Source of the DNA: Trueperaceae bacterium
GTDB taxonomy: Bacteria; Deinococcota; Deinococci; Deinococcales; Trueperaceae
DNA length: 42,581 nucleotides
Direction of reading: 5' to 3'
Assembly (NCBI GenBank): GCA_035703635.1
Contig: DASSXV010000043.1
Coordinates: 1-42,581, forward strand
Positions 1 to 7,782 of the stretch are shown in pieces. The notes under the pieces are model-generated. The model searched no databases and was not told the DNA's origin. It worked only from the letters and a program-made list of their open reading frames with translations. How positions within the stretch are numbered: position 1 is the stretch's first letter; the number at the start of each line of letters is the position of its first letter. A program made the position numbers and the translations under genes.

Positions 1-287
1 GCATCAACGAACGCCGCCACCCCACCAGCAGCCTGCGCCTCAGCCACCACATGCAAAGCCAAAGTCGTCTTACCCCCAGACTCAGGCCCATACACCTCAA
101 CAACCCGCCCCCGCGGCAACCCACCAACCCCCAACGCCACATCAACACTCAAAGAACCAGTAGAAATAACCCCAGACCCCAACACCCCAACCGGCTCAGC
201 CCCCAACCGCATGATCGCCCCACGACCAAACTGCCGCTCAATCTGCGACAAAGCCGCATCCAAGGCCTTCTTGCGCTGGTCTTCCAT
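1..287 (-). CDS. recA: Recombinase RecA, N-terminal part, truncated by the window edge (absent from the ORF track)
   Basis: Manual translation [29 protein letters not shown]...[61 protein letters not shown] upstream of the ATG at 287; lies downstream of cinA. Confidence 0.98.
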   Translation of the reverse strand, partial: MEDQRKKALDAALSQIERQFGRGAIMRLGAEPVGVLGSGVISTGSLSVDVALGVGGLPRGRVVEVYGPESGGKTTLALHVVAEAQAAGGVAAFVD

Positions 288-397
288 GATTCCGCCATCC
301 TCCATCCGAATAGGGGACGACCTGTGACAGGTCTACCCCGGTGGTCGCCGTGCTGCGAGCGGCATGCCCGGCATCGCTGCCGCGCCGCGAGCACTGC

Positions 398-1828
398 TTA
401 GCGCAACGCCGACCGGAGGAGGTGCAGACTGGTGAACGCGGTTCTCTCGCGTTGCCACGGCCCGCCGAGTGGCGGCAGGTCGAGGGTTCTCACTGAGGTA
501 CCAGACTCACTAGCTATAGCGATGAATACCTGTGTTCGCAGGCGCTCTTCCTCAACCGGTTTGGCGCCGACGGCGGTGGGCGCAGCCGAGCCGTGCCCCC
601 CTTGGGGAGGCAGGCTCACTGCAGCTCCGCCGTCTTCCTTGGCGCTTCGTTCGTCAAAATTCAAGTATTGCGAGGCGACCAACGCTGGGGTGCATGGCCC
701 AAAGTTGGCGATGCCAAGGTCCGCCTTGAAGAACGCCCGGACCGCGGCCGCCAATGCCACTACTACTTCGACTGCCCCGGAAGGCAGTTTCTGCAGAAGT
801 CGCATGTCAACCCCAAGCGCTCTCATGGTTTCCACGTCGCATGCTATCACGCTACCGCTTACCGCTCCGGACGGTCGTATTGGCGGTTTGGCGCTGCCGA
901 GGAGCGATTTGGGTCTCGCTAGTTGATCGACACCGTCGTCAGCTCCGACGAGGTAACCCGTGAGCACGCCGCCGGTGCTGCCCTCGAACACGGCGAGCCG
1001 CTTGCCGCGCGAGCGCAAGCCTGCGAGCACGAGGCTGGGGAGGTCGTCGCCGTTGTTGCCCCACACGGCGTCGCCCAGGAGGGCCGCCACCTGCGCGACG
1101 GTCGGCTTGGCCAGCGCCGCCGCCTGCTCGGCGTCACTGGCTTTGGCGGCGACGCGTACGTGCACGCCGTCGACCTTGGCGTAAGTCGCGACGCTCGGGT
1201 TGCCCTGGTCAGTGAGCGCCCCTAGCGTCTCAGCCACGCTTGACTCTCCAACCCCGATCGTCTTGAACGTGTGGACGAACAGCTTGCTCGTCGGTAACGG
1301 CAGGCGGGGGAGAGCCTCGTTCTGCCACATGCGATCGAGTTCCCGCGGCGGCCCAGGCAGGGTGACGATGAAGCGCTCCACGCCATCCAAACTTAGGCGC
1401 ACCAGCCACCCAGGCGCCGTACCGACCGGGTTGGGCAGCACCTCGGACGACGGGATGACGTTCGCCTGGCGCAAGTTCGACTCTGGCATGGTTCGGCCAT
1501 TGTTCGCGAAGCGTGTGCGGAGCCAGTCCTCGAGCTCAGGGTCGACGCGCTGCTCCTCGCCAAGGACTTCGGCAACGGCGTCGCGCGTGAGGTCGTCGTC
1601 CGTCGGGCCTAATCCGCCCGTAAGTACGATGAGGTCGCTCCGTTGCAGAGCTGCACGCAGCGCGTGCGTTATGCGCGCCTTGTTGTCGCCGACCCGTGAT
1701 GACCAGTAGACGTCGACACCGACGGCGGCCAGGTCCGCTGCTATGCGGGCGCTGTTCGTGTCGACGATCTCTCCTAGGAGGAGCTCGGTGCCAACGGTGA
1801 TGATCTCGGCGTTGCGGATAGCGGGCAT
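398..1828 (-). CDS. cinA: CinA family competence/damage-inducible protein (MoCF-like domain plus degenerate PncC domain)
   Basis: AEIITVGTELLLGEIVDTNS, GGLGPTDDDLTR, NPVGTAPG and LPGPPREL motifs; adjacent to recA; start placed at ATG 1828, 5 nt after TGgTAAGTT (ORF track starts at 1843). Confidence 0.93.
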   Translation of the reverse strand: MPAIRNAEIITVGTELLLGEIVDTNSARIAADLAAVGVDVYWSSRVGDNKARITHALRAALQRSDLIVLTGGLGPTDDDLTRDAVAEVLGEEQRVDPELEDWLRTRFANNGRTMPESNLRQANVIPSSEVLPNPVGTAPGWLVRLSLDGVERFIVTLPGPPRELDRMWQNEALPRLPLPTSKLFVHTFKTIGVGESSVAETLGALTDQGNPSVATYAKVDGVHVRVAAKASDAEQAAALAKPTVAQVAALLGDAVWGNNGDDLPSLVLAGLRSRGKRLAVFEGSTGGVLTGYLVGADDGVDQLARPKSLLGSAKPPIRPSGAVSGSVIACDVETMRALGVDMRLLQKLPSGAVEVVVALAAAVRAFFKADLGIANFGPCTPALVASQYLNFDERSAKEDGGAAVSLPPQGGHGSAAPTAVGAKPVEEERLRTQVFIAIASESGTSVRTLDLPPLGGPWQRERTAFTSLHLLRSALR

Positions 1829-1865
1829 GACGGAACTTACCATCGCGCTGCGCAGGCGCCGCTTG

Positions 1866-1894
1866 GTGACAGTTACCCACGCTTGTAGTAACCT
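1866..1894 (+). promoter_or_regulatory. Sigma70-type promoter for the candidate sRNA
   Basis: GTGACA (1866-1871), 17-nt spacer, TAACCT (1889-1894). Confidence 0.55.
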
Positions 1895-1900
1895 GAACGT

Positions 1901-1992
1901 GGTTCCTCCCCCTAGGAACCAAGGTGAGGGCTCAGGCCCTCCACCATCTCCTCTCTTTGACCCTGCGATCCCCCACGCAGGGTCAGATTTTT
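1901..1992 (+). ncRNA. Candidate small RNA with three hairpins, C-rich loops and an intrinsic terminator
   Basis: Stems GGTTCCT/AGGAACC, GGTGAGGGC/GCCCTCCACC and TGACCCTGCG/CGCAGGGTCA followed by TTTTT; promoter directly upstream. Confidence 0.6.
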
Positions 1993-2125
1993 ATGCCGGG
2001 CGCTCTAGGCGATGCTTGCACGTGCGAACGTCTCACGTCCCATGGCCTTGGACTGGTGCCTACAGGCACTAGGCTCCACGCCAAGCCTGCAGGGAGCGGC
2101 TCATTTCTCGGTGCTAGCATGCAGC

Positions 2126-3646
2126 ATGTCAACGCCCAGAACCACCGCAACATCGTCCAGGACGGTAAACGACCGTCTTTCAGAAGAACTGCCCACTACC
2201 TTGGCTGGTCTGCGCGGCACGCGTTGGGAGCGCCTGGCGGGCCGCAGCGTGCGAGACGAACTACGCGCCAACCTCGTCACCGCGCTGCAGCGCCATGACC
2301 CCCTCTTCGAGGGCGTCCTCGGCTACCGAGACACCGTCGTGCCGGCAGTCGTCAACGCGTTACTCAGCCGCCACAACTTCATCCTGCTCGGCCTCCGTGG
2401 CCAGGCGAAAACGCGCATCTTGCGCCAACTGGTAACGCTGCTGGACCCCGCCGTGCCGTACATCGCAGGCACGGAACTGCGTGACGACCCGTTCGCCCCA
2501 CTCTCGTTAGAGGGCAAGGAACTCCTAGCCCAGCATGGAGACGACACGCCCATCGCGTGGCTCAGCCGTGATCACCGTTACGTCGAGAAGCTGGCGACGC
2601 CAGACACCACCGTGGCCGATATCGTCGGTGACATCGACCCGATCAAGGCAGCTAGGCTAGGCACGCGGCTGGGTGACGAGCGTGCCGTCCACTTCGGGCT
2701 GCTCCCGCGCGCCAACCGCGGCGTCTTCGCTATAAACGAACTCCCTGACCTCGCAGGCAAAGTGCAAGTCGCGCTCTTCAACGTCATGCAAGAAGGTGAC
2801 GTGCAGATCAAGGGCTACCCAATGCGCCTCCCGCTCGACGTGCTCCTCGTGTTCAGCGCCAACCCGGAGGACTACACGGCGCGCGGCAAGATCATCACGC
2901 CACTCAAGGACCGCATCGGCAGTGAAGTACGCACCCACTACCCCGCAACGGTCGAGGACGGCATGGCCATCACCAGTCAAGAAGCGTGGACCGACCGCGA
3001 GGAAGGCGTGGTCGTGCCGAGCTTCGTCGCGGAGGCCGTCGAGGAAGTGGCGTTCCAGGCTCGCATAGACCCGCGCGTTGACAAGCACTCTGGGGTGTCG
3101 CAACGCCTGCCGATCAGCCTCCTAGAGAACGTCGTCAGCTCAGCTGAGCAACGCTCCCTGACAGTCGGGGGGCCAGGCATGGCGCGCATCTCCGACCTCT
3201 ACGGTGCCCTGCCCGCCGTCACGGGCAAGATCGAACTCGAGTACGAAGGCGAACTGAAGGGCTCGGAGGCCGTCGCGCGCGAGATCGTTAGGCGCGCCAT
3301 CGGGCAGGTGTACGCCCGGCGCTCAGGCGGCCTCGACCCGGCTACCGTGGTCGAACACTTCGAGGAAGGCAACAACCTGCGCCTGCCAGGGCATCTCGCA
3401 AGCGGCGCTTGGCAACCACAGCTAGCTTCCGTTCCCGGCCTGCTCGAGCTAGCACGCGAGGTGACCGCAGGCGAGCCGCAGGCAGCGGGCGCCGGTGCGG
3501 ACGACGCGAGCCGGGAACTCGAGCTTGTCGCCGCTGAGTTCGTGCTCGAGGGCCTCCACGCCCGCAAGCTCATCGGGCGCAGCGAGGAACTCGGGTACTC
3601 CGCCTCGGAAGGCGGAGAGTCCAACCACAGGGTCAAGTGGAACTGA
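2126..3646 (+). CDS. ChlI/MoxR-like AAA+ ATPase (magnesium chelatase-like family)
   Basis: Variant Walker A GLRGQAKT, Walker [37 protein letters not shown]; start at ATG 2126 after TGcTAGCAT. Confidence 0.85.
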   Translation: MSTPRTTATSSRTVNDRLSEELPTTLAGLRGTRWERLAGRSVRDELRANLVTALQRHDPLFEGVLGYRDTVVPAVVNALLSRHNFILLGLRGQAKTRILRQLVTLLDPAVPYIAGTELRDDPFAPLSLEGKELLAQHGDDTPIAWLSRDHRYVEKLATPDTTVADIVGDIDPIKAARLGTRLGDERAVHFGLLPRANRGVFAINELPDLAGKVQVALFNVMQEGDVQIKGYPMRLPLDVLLVFSANPEDYTARGKIITPLKDRIGSEVRTHYPATVEDGMAITSQEAWTDREEGVVVPSFVAEAVEEVAFQARIDPRVDKHSGVSQRLPISLLENVVSSAEQRSLTVGGPGMARISDLYGALPAVTGKIELEYEGELKGSEAVAREIVRRAIGQVYARRSGGLDPATVVEHFEEGNNLRLPGHLASGAWQPQLASVPGLLELAREVTAGEPQAAGAGADDASRELELVAAEFVLEGLHARKLIGRSEELGYSASEGGESNHRVKWN

Positions 3647-3737
3647 CGCGCAACGCGCGGCGCCCGGCGCCCGGCAGGCGTATGGCCGAAGCAAGCTCCG
3701 CTGCGTCGACGCGCCGCATGTACGGCAGGGGTGAACT

Positions 3738-4991
3738 ATGGCAGTGATCCGTTACTCCAAGTACGAAGGCGGCCTAGACGACCTAGACATGGCTGATCTC
3801 ATGCGCATGTTGCAAGACAGCCTCCTGCAATCGGGGTTCGAACGCAACCCGTACGACCCTGACCCTGACCACCAACAGAGCCTGCAGGACCTTTGCGACG
3901 CTATCGCGCAAGCGCTGATAGACAACGACCTAGTTAGCGAGGAAGTCATCAAGGCGGCGTTAGAGGCTGGCGATTGGATGAAGAGCGAACTCGGCGAGGC
4001 AGCCAAGGAGCTAGCGCGCCGCCTCGAACAAGAAGGCTACCTGCGCGCAACGCAACCGGGCGACCAAGAGCAAGAGTTCGGCGACGGCCACGGCGGCGGC
4101 GCAGCGCCCGACAGCGACCCGGGTCGTGCGACCTTCGAGTTGACTGACAAGGCCATCGACTTCCTCGGTTACCGCACTCTTAGGGACGTGCTTGGCGGCG
4201 CGGGCAGGTCGAGCGTTGGCGCCCACGACACGCGCTTCTCGACGACGGGCATCGAGACGGTAGGTGCAAGCAAGGAGTACGAGTTCGGCGACACCCTCAC
4301 GCTCGACGTCCCTGCCACCCTCACGCATGCCGCGGCCCGCGCCCAAGTGAGCGGCCACCTCGACCTGCGCGAGGGCGACCTCATGGTTCAGGAGTCCGAG
4401 TACCACTCATCCGCCGCCACCGTCGTCATGCTCGACTGCAGTCACTCCATGATCCTGTACGGCGAGGACCGCTTCACGCCAGCCAAGCAGGTGGCGCTGG
4501 CGCTCGCTCACCTCATCCGCACGCAGTACAAGGGAGACACCGTCAAGTTCGTCCTCTTCCATAACGGCGCTGAAGAGATCCCGCTCGAACGGCTAGCTCG
4601 GGCACAAGTCGGTCCGTACCACACGAACACGGCGCAGGGCCTGCGTCTAGCGCAACGGCTGCTGATGCAGCAGAACAAGGAGATGAAGCAGATCGTGATG
4701 ATCACCGACGGTAAGCCGTCTGCCATCACGCTGCCGGACGGGCGCCTGTACCGCAACGCCTACGGCCTCGACCCGCTCGTGCTTGGAGCCACGTTGCGCG
4801 AGGTCAACGCCTGCAGGCGCCACGGGATTCAAGTGAACACCTTCATGCTTGCCCGCGATCCGGAACTCGTGGCCTTCGTGCAACGCGTAAGCGCGATGAC
4901 GCAAGGGAAGGCGTACTTCACGACCCCGCACACCATAGGGCGGTACGTGCTCCTCGACTACCAATCGAAGCGCACCAAGCTCGTCAACTGA
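3738..4991 (+). CDS. von Willebrand factor A domain protein, partner of the AAA+ ATPase
   Basis: MIDAS motif DCSHSM, TNT and ITDGKPSA. Confidence 0.88.
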   Translation: MAVIRYSKYEGGLDDLDMADLMRMLQDSLLQSGFERNPYDPDPDHQQSLQDLCDAIAQALIDNDLVSEEVIKAALEAGDWMKSELGEAAKELARRLEQEGYLRATQPGDQEQEFGDGHGGGAAPDSDPGRATFELTDKAIDFLGYRTLRDVLGGAGRSSVGAHDTRFSTTGIETVGASKEYEFGDTLTLDVPATLTHAAARAQVSGHLDLREGDLMVQESEYHSSAATVVMLDCSHSMILYGEDRFTPAKQVALALAHLIRTQYKGDTVKFVLFHNGAEEIPLERLARAQVGPYHTNTAQGLRLAQRLLMQQNKEMKQIVMITDGKPSAITLPDGRLYRNAYGLDPLVLGATLREVNACRRHGIQVNTFMLARDPELVAFVQRVSAMTQGKAYFTTPHTIGRYVLLDYQSKRTKLVN

Positions 4992-5111
4992 CCTGCCCGC
5001 GCGATTAACCAGTCATGAAGCGCGCCAAACGCAACTCAGGCGCGTGCGTGGCCTACTGGAACTAGTCCGCCATGAGCGGCGGTCAACCACTGACCATCAG
5101 GGAGGCTAAAC

Positions 5112-5876
5112 ATGCAGCGCACCACGAGCCGCGAGCGGAACACCTGGCGGGCCGCAACAGGCGGCCTGCGTTCACTACTAGTAGTCGTCGGAGTCGCAGC
5201 AGCCATGACGATCGGAAGCGCGGTGGCCCAAAACGCAGGCGATGTCGCCGCGGGCGGCATAACAGTGAGCGGAACGGGCGTGGCGTACGGCGAGCCAGAC
5301 CAGGCCGTACTCAACGTGGGGGTGTCCGTACCGAACGAGGCTGTCAGAACCGCGCTAGAAGACGCAGACGCACGCATGAGCGCAGTGCGTGCGGCACTTG
5401 TGGCAGGCGGCGTTGCCGAGCTAGATATCCGCACGGCCAGCTTCAACGTGTGGCGCCAGGACATCTATGACGACAAGGGCAACCCCCAAGGCGAGCGCTA
5501 CCACGTAGAACACCAGTTCGAGGTCGTGGTGCGCAACGTGGCGAGCGTAGGCGAACTCCTGGCGGCCTCCGTCGAAGCAGGGGCGAACAGCGTTGGCGGC
5601 ATAACCTACACCATCGCCAACCCAGACGAGCTGATGGCGACCGCGCGCGCAGCGGCGATGCACGACGCCATGGCGCGTGCGGAACAACTCGCCGGCCTAG
5701 CCGGCGTGAAGCTCACGGCGCCAACCTCGATCGTCGAAGCGAGCAGTGGGGGCCAGGCTCCGCAGTACGACGTGCGTTTCAGCATGGCCGCAGACAACTC
5801 GAGCCCGGTGTCTGGTGGTCAGTTGGCGGTGCAGGTAAGCGTGTCGGTCACGTACGCGATAGCCGCGGAGGAGTAG
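5112..5876 (+). CDS. SIMPL (DUF541/YggE-like) exported protein
   Basis: Signal peptide; ITVSGTGVAYGEPDQAVLNVGV; AMHDAMARAEQLA; GGAGG RBS. Confidence 0.9.
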   Translation: MQRTTSRERNTWRAATGGLRSLLVVVGVAAAMTIGSAVAQNAGDVAAGGITVSGTGVAYGEPDQAVLNVGVSVPNEAVRTALEDADARMSAVRAALVAGGVAELDIRTASFNVWRQDIYDDKGNPQGERYHVEHQFEVVVRNVASVGELLAASVEAGANSVGGITYTIANPDELMATARAAAMHDAMARAEQLAGLAGVKLTAPTSIVEASSGGQAPQYDVRFSMAADNSSPVSGGQLAVQVSVSVTYAIAAEE

Positions 5877-5903
5877 GCGAGGAAGCGCGAACAGCGCGAA
5901 GCG

Positions 5904-6764
5904 CTATTCGAACGACCGCGACAACCTATCGAGAGCCTGAATGGCCGGCCCGTAGTTCGGGTCGGCCGTGCGGGCAGCGCGGTAGTTGACTTCGGCGCGA
6001 TCAACTTCCCCCAACTGCTCGTAAGCCTCACCTAACCGGTAGTACGCCTCGACGTACGCAGGACTGCCTGGCCGTGCCTCGCCAGGGTCCGTCGCCTCGA
6101 ACACGTCGATGGCGGCGTTGAACGCGGCGATCGCCTCCGGCAACTTGCCAGTGAACACTAGTAGGCGTCCCTTGTCGACGAAGGGCCACAACTCCTTGCG
6201 ACCGCGTTCCGTGGTGGCCGCCGCCTCGAAGGCAGTGATGGCCTCAGGGTAACGGCCAGCCTGCCACGCGACGCGGCCCCAATCCATGGCGAACTCGTAG
6301 TCGCGGCCGCGCAAGAAGGCATTCTGTAGGGCCCTGAGCGCCCCGACGGGGTCGCCGTTGGCGGCCCGCAACAGGCCCTGGAGGTTCACGACGCCCGGAT
6401 CGGAATCGCCGTCGATGGCGATGACCTTGTCGAGCTCGGAGGCTGCGCCAGCCAGGTCGCCCGTCAGGTAGAGGGCGCGGGCATACAGGAAATGTGCCCT
6501 GCCGCTCTCCGGGTAACGCGCCACCAGGTCGGGCCCGTTGAGGCGCGCGGCGGAGTTGTAGTAACCCTGATCGAGGAGGGCCTGCATCTGCGCGAACTCG
6601 GTCGCCTGCGCAGCCGCCAGCGGCACGCCAAGCAGCAGTCCGGCAAGCGCGGCGCGAGCAAGCGCACGCCTCAACCGGCTCCCGCGTGGCGAGCGACGGG
6701 GTGCGATCACTCTGTCCGTCTGGCGCACGGCGTCAGGGTAACTCATGCCTTGGTGAGAACTCAT
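5904..6764 (-). CDS. Exported tetratricopeptide repeat protein (start uncertain)
   Basis: TPR-like helical repeats (AYYRLGEAYEQLGEVDRAEVNYRAA); signal-like stretch ending AAAQA; ATGA overlap with csaB. Confidence 0.8.
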   Translation of the reverse strand: MSSHQGMSYPDAVRQTDRVIAPRRSPRGSRLRRALARAALAGLLLGVPLAAAQATEFAQMQALLDQGYYNSAARLNGPDLVARYPESGRAHFLYARALYLTGDLAGAASELDKVIAIDGDSDPGVVNLQGLLRAANGDPVGALRALQNAFLRGRDYEFAMDWGRVAWQAGRYPEAITAFEAAATTERGRKELWPFVDKGRLLVFTGKLPEAIAAFNAAIDVFEATDPGEARPGSPAYVEAYYRLGEAYEQLGEVDRAEVNYRAARTADPNYGPAIQALDRLSRSFE

Positions 6765-7780
6765 CCGTGCCGCGGACGCCGCGGCCGAGCTTCACGAAGG
6801 TTGCCTGCTAGCCAATCGATGCCCTCATCTGCCAAACGGGCGAGGTGCGCGACAGCGTACCCGGCGACGGGTGGGGCCGCGCGCACGAGGTTCAGCAGGG
6901 CGCGCTCGTCAACCGGACGCTGGAACGATGGCGCTGCCGCCTGGGCGAGGAAGCCGCGCACTTTCGGGTCGTAAGACAGGCCTGCGAAGCCGATCTCGAG
7001 GCGCGCCGCCAAGATGCAGCCGTGCAGCCGCACGGAGACGACGTACCGGGCCCCAGCGAGCGCGCGCAGGGCGGCGGCTGGGGTGCTAGCGTCGCGGACC
7101 TCGAGGCCGGGCGCGAGGCGGGCGAGGCGCTCGACGGCGCCAGCGTCCTGCACGGGGTGAAACGCTGCCGCAGCCAACGGCACGTCCTCCTCTGCCAAGC
7201 GCACGGCCAAGGCCTCGAGGGCGGAGTTGAGAACGTCCTGGTCGCCGCGCGGCACCAGTACGACGGGACCAGCTGGATCGGCGGGTGGGAGGTCGGTTGG
7301 CGTGGGGAGTAGCAGTGCCGGGTCTGCGACCATCACGCAACTCAGTCCGAGCTCGTTGGCGATGGTTACCGACTCGGCGTCGCGCACGGCCAGAGGCACG
7401 TCTTTCAATGTCCGCGCCACGCGCTCCTTGCCTGCGCTGCTCAGTGGGCCGAGCGACTGGCCGTAAACGACCACCCGCTTACCCATGCGCAAAGCCAGTT
7501 GCATGGTCGTAAGGTAGTAGGCGAGGCTCCTCGCGCTCGTCACGTCCTGTAACAGCCCACCGCCGCCGGAGATCAACGCCCGCGTGCTCAGCAGTGCCGG
7601 GATGAGTCCCGTGACGCGGTCGAACGCCGTCACGTCGTGTAGCGCACGCGTGGCGGGCGGGTCGGCGGACAGTACCACTGGGGTGAAGCCGCGCGTTCGC
7701 AGTCCAGTTATCAAGCCGGACAGGAGGGCCTCGTCACCGACGTTGCCTGCCCCGTAATAGCCGCTGATGAGCACCTTCAT
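6761..7780 (-). CDS. csaB: Polysaccharide pyruvyl transferase CsaB
   Basis: ISGYYGAGNVGDEALL, SGGGGLLQDVTSARSLAYY, VRDAES, RLHG, SYDPKV. Confidence 0.93.
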   Translation of the reverse strand: MKVLISGYYGAGNVGDEALLSGLITGLRTRGFTPVVLSADPPATRALHDVTAFDRVTGLIPALLSTRALISGGGGLLQDVTSARSLAYYLTTMQLALRMGKRVVVYGQSLGPLSSAGKERVARTLKDVPLAVRDAESVTIANELGLSCVMVADPALLLPTPTDLPPADPAGPVVLVPRGDQDVLNSALEALAVRLAEEDVPLAAAAFHPVQDAGAVERLARLAPGLEVRDASTPAAALRALAGARYVVSVRLHGCILAARLEIGFAGLSYDPKVRGFLAQAAAPSFQRPVDERALLNLVRAAPPVAGYAVAHLARLADEGIDWLAGNLREARPRRPRHG

Positions 7781-7782
7781 GG

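Noticed and set aside
51-401. 116-aa Pro/Asn/Gln-rich ORF on the plus strand and the C/A-rich low-complexity look of bases 1-260
   Set aside because: It is the antisense shadow of recA; not a separate gene or a tandem repeat.
1991-2007. TTATGCC resembling the left half of a Deinococcus RDRM (DdrO site) near cinA-recA
   Set aside because: The right half does not match and the site lies at the sRNA terminator, far from the cinA promoter.
2012-2125. N-terminal extension of the AAA ATPase in the ORF track
   Set aside because: The sequence is not protein-like, and an extended -10 sits right before ATG 2126.
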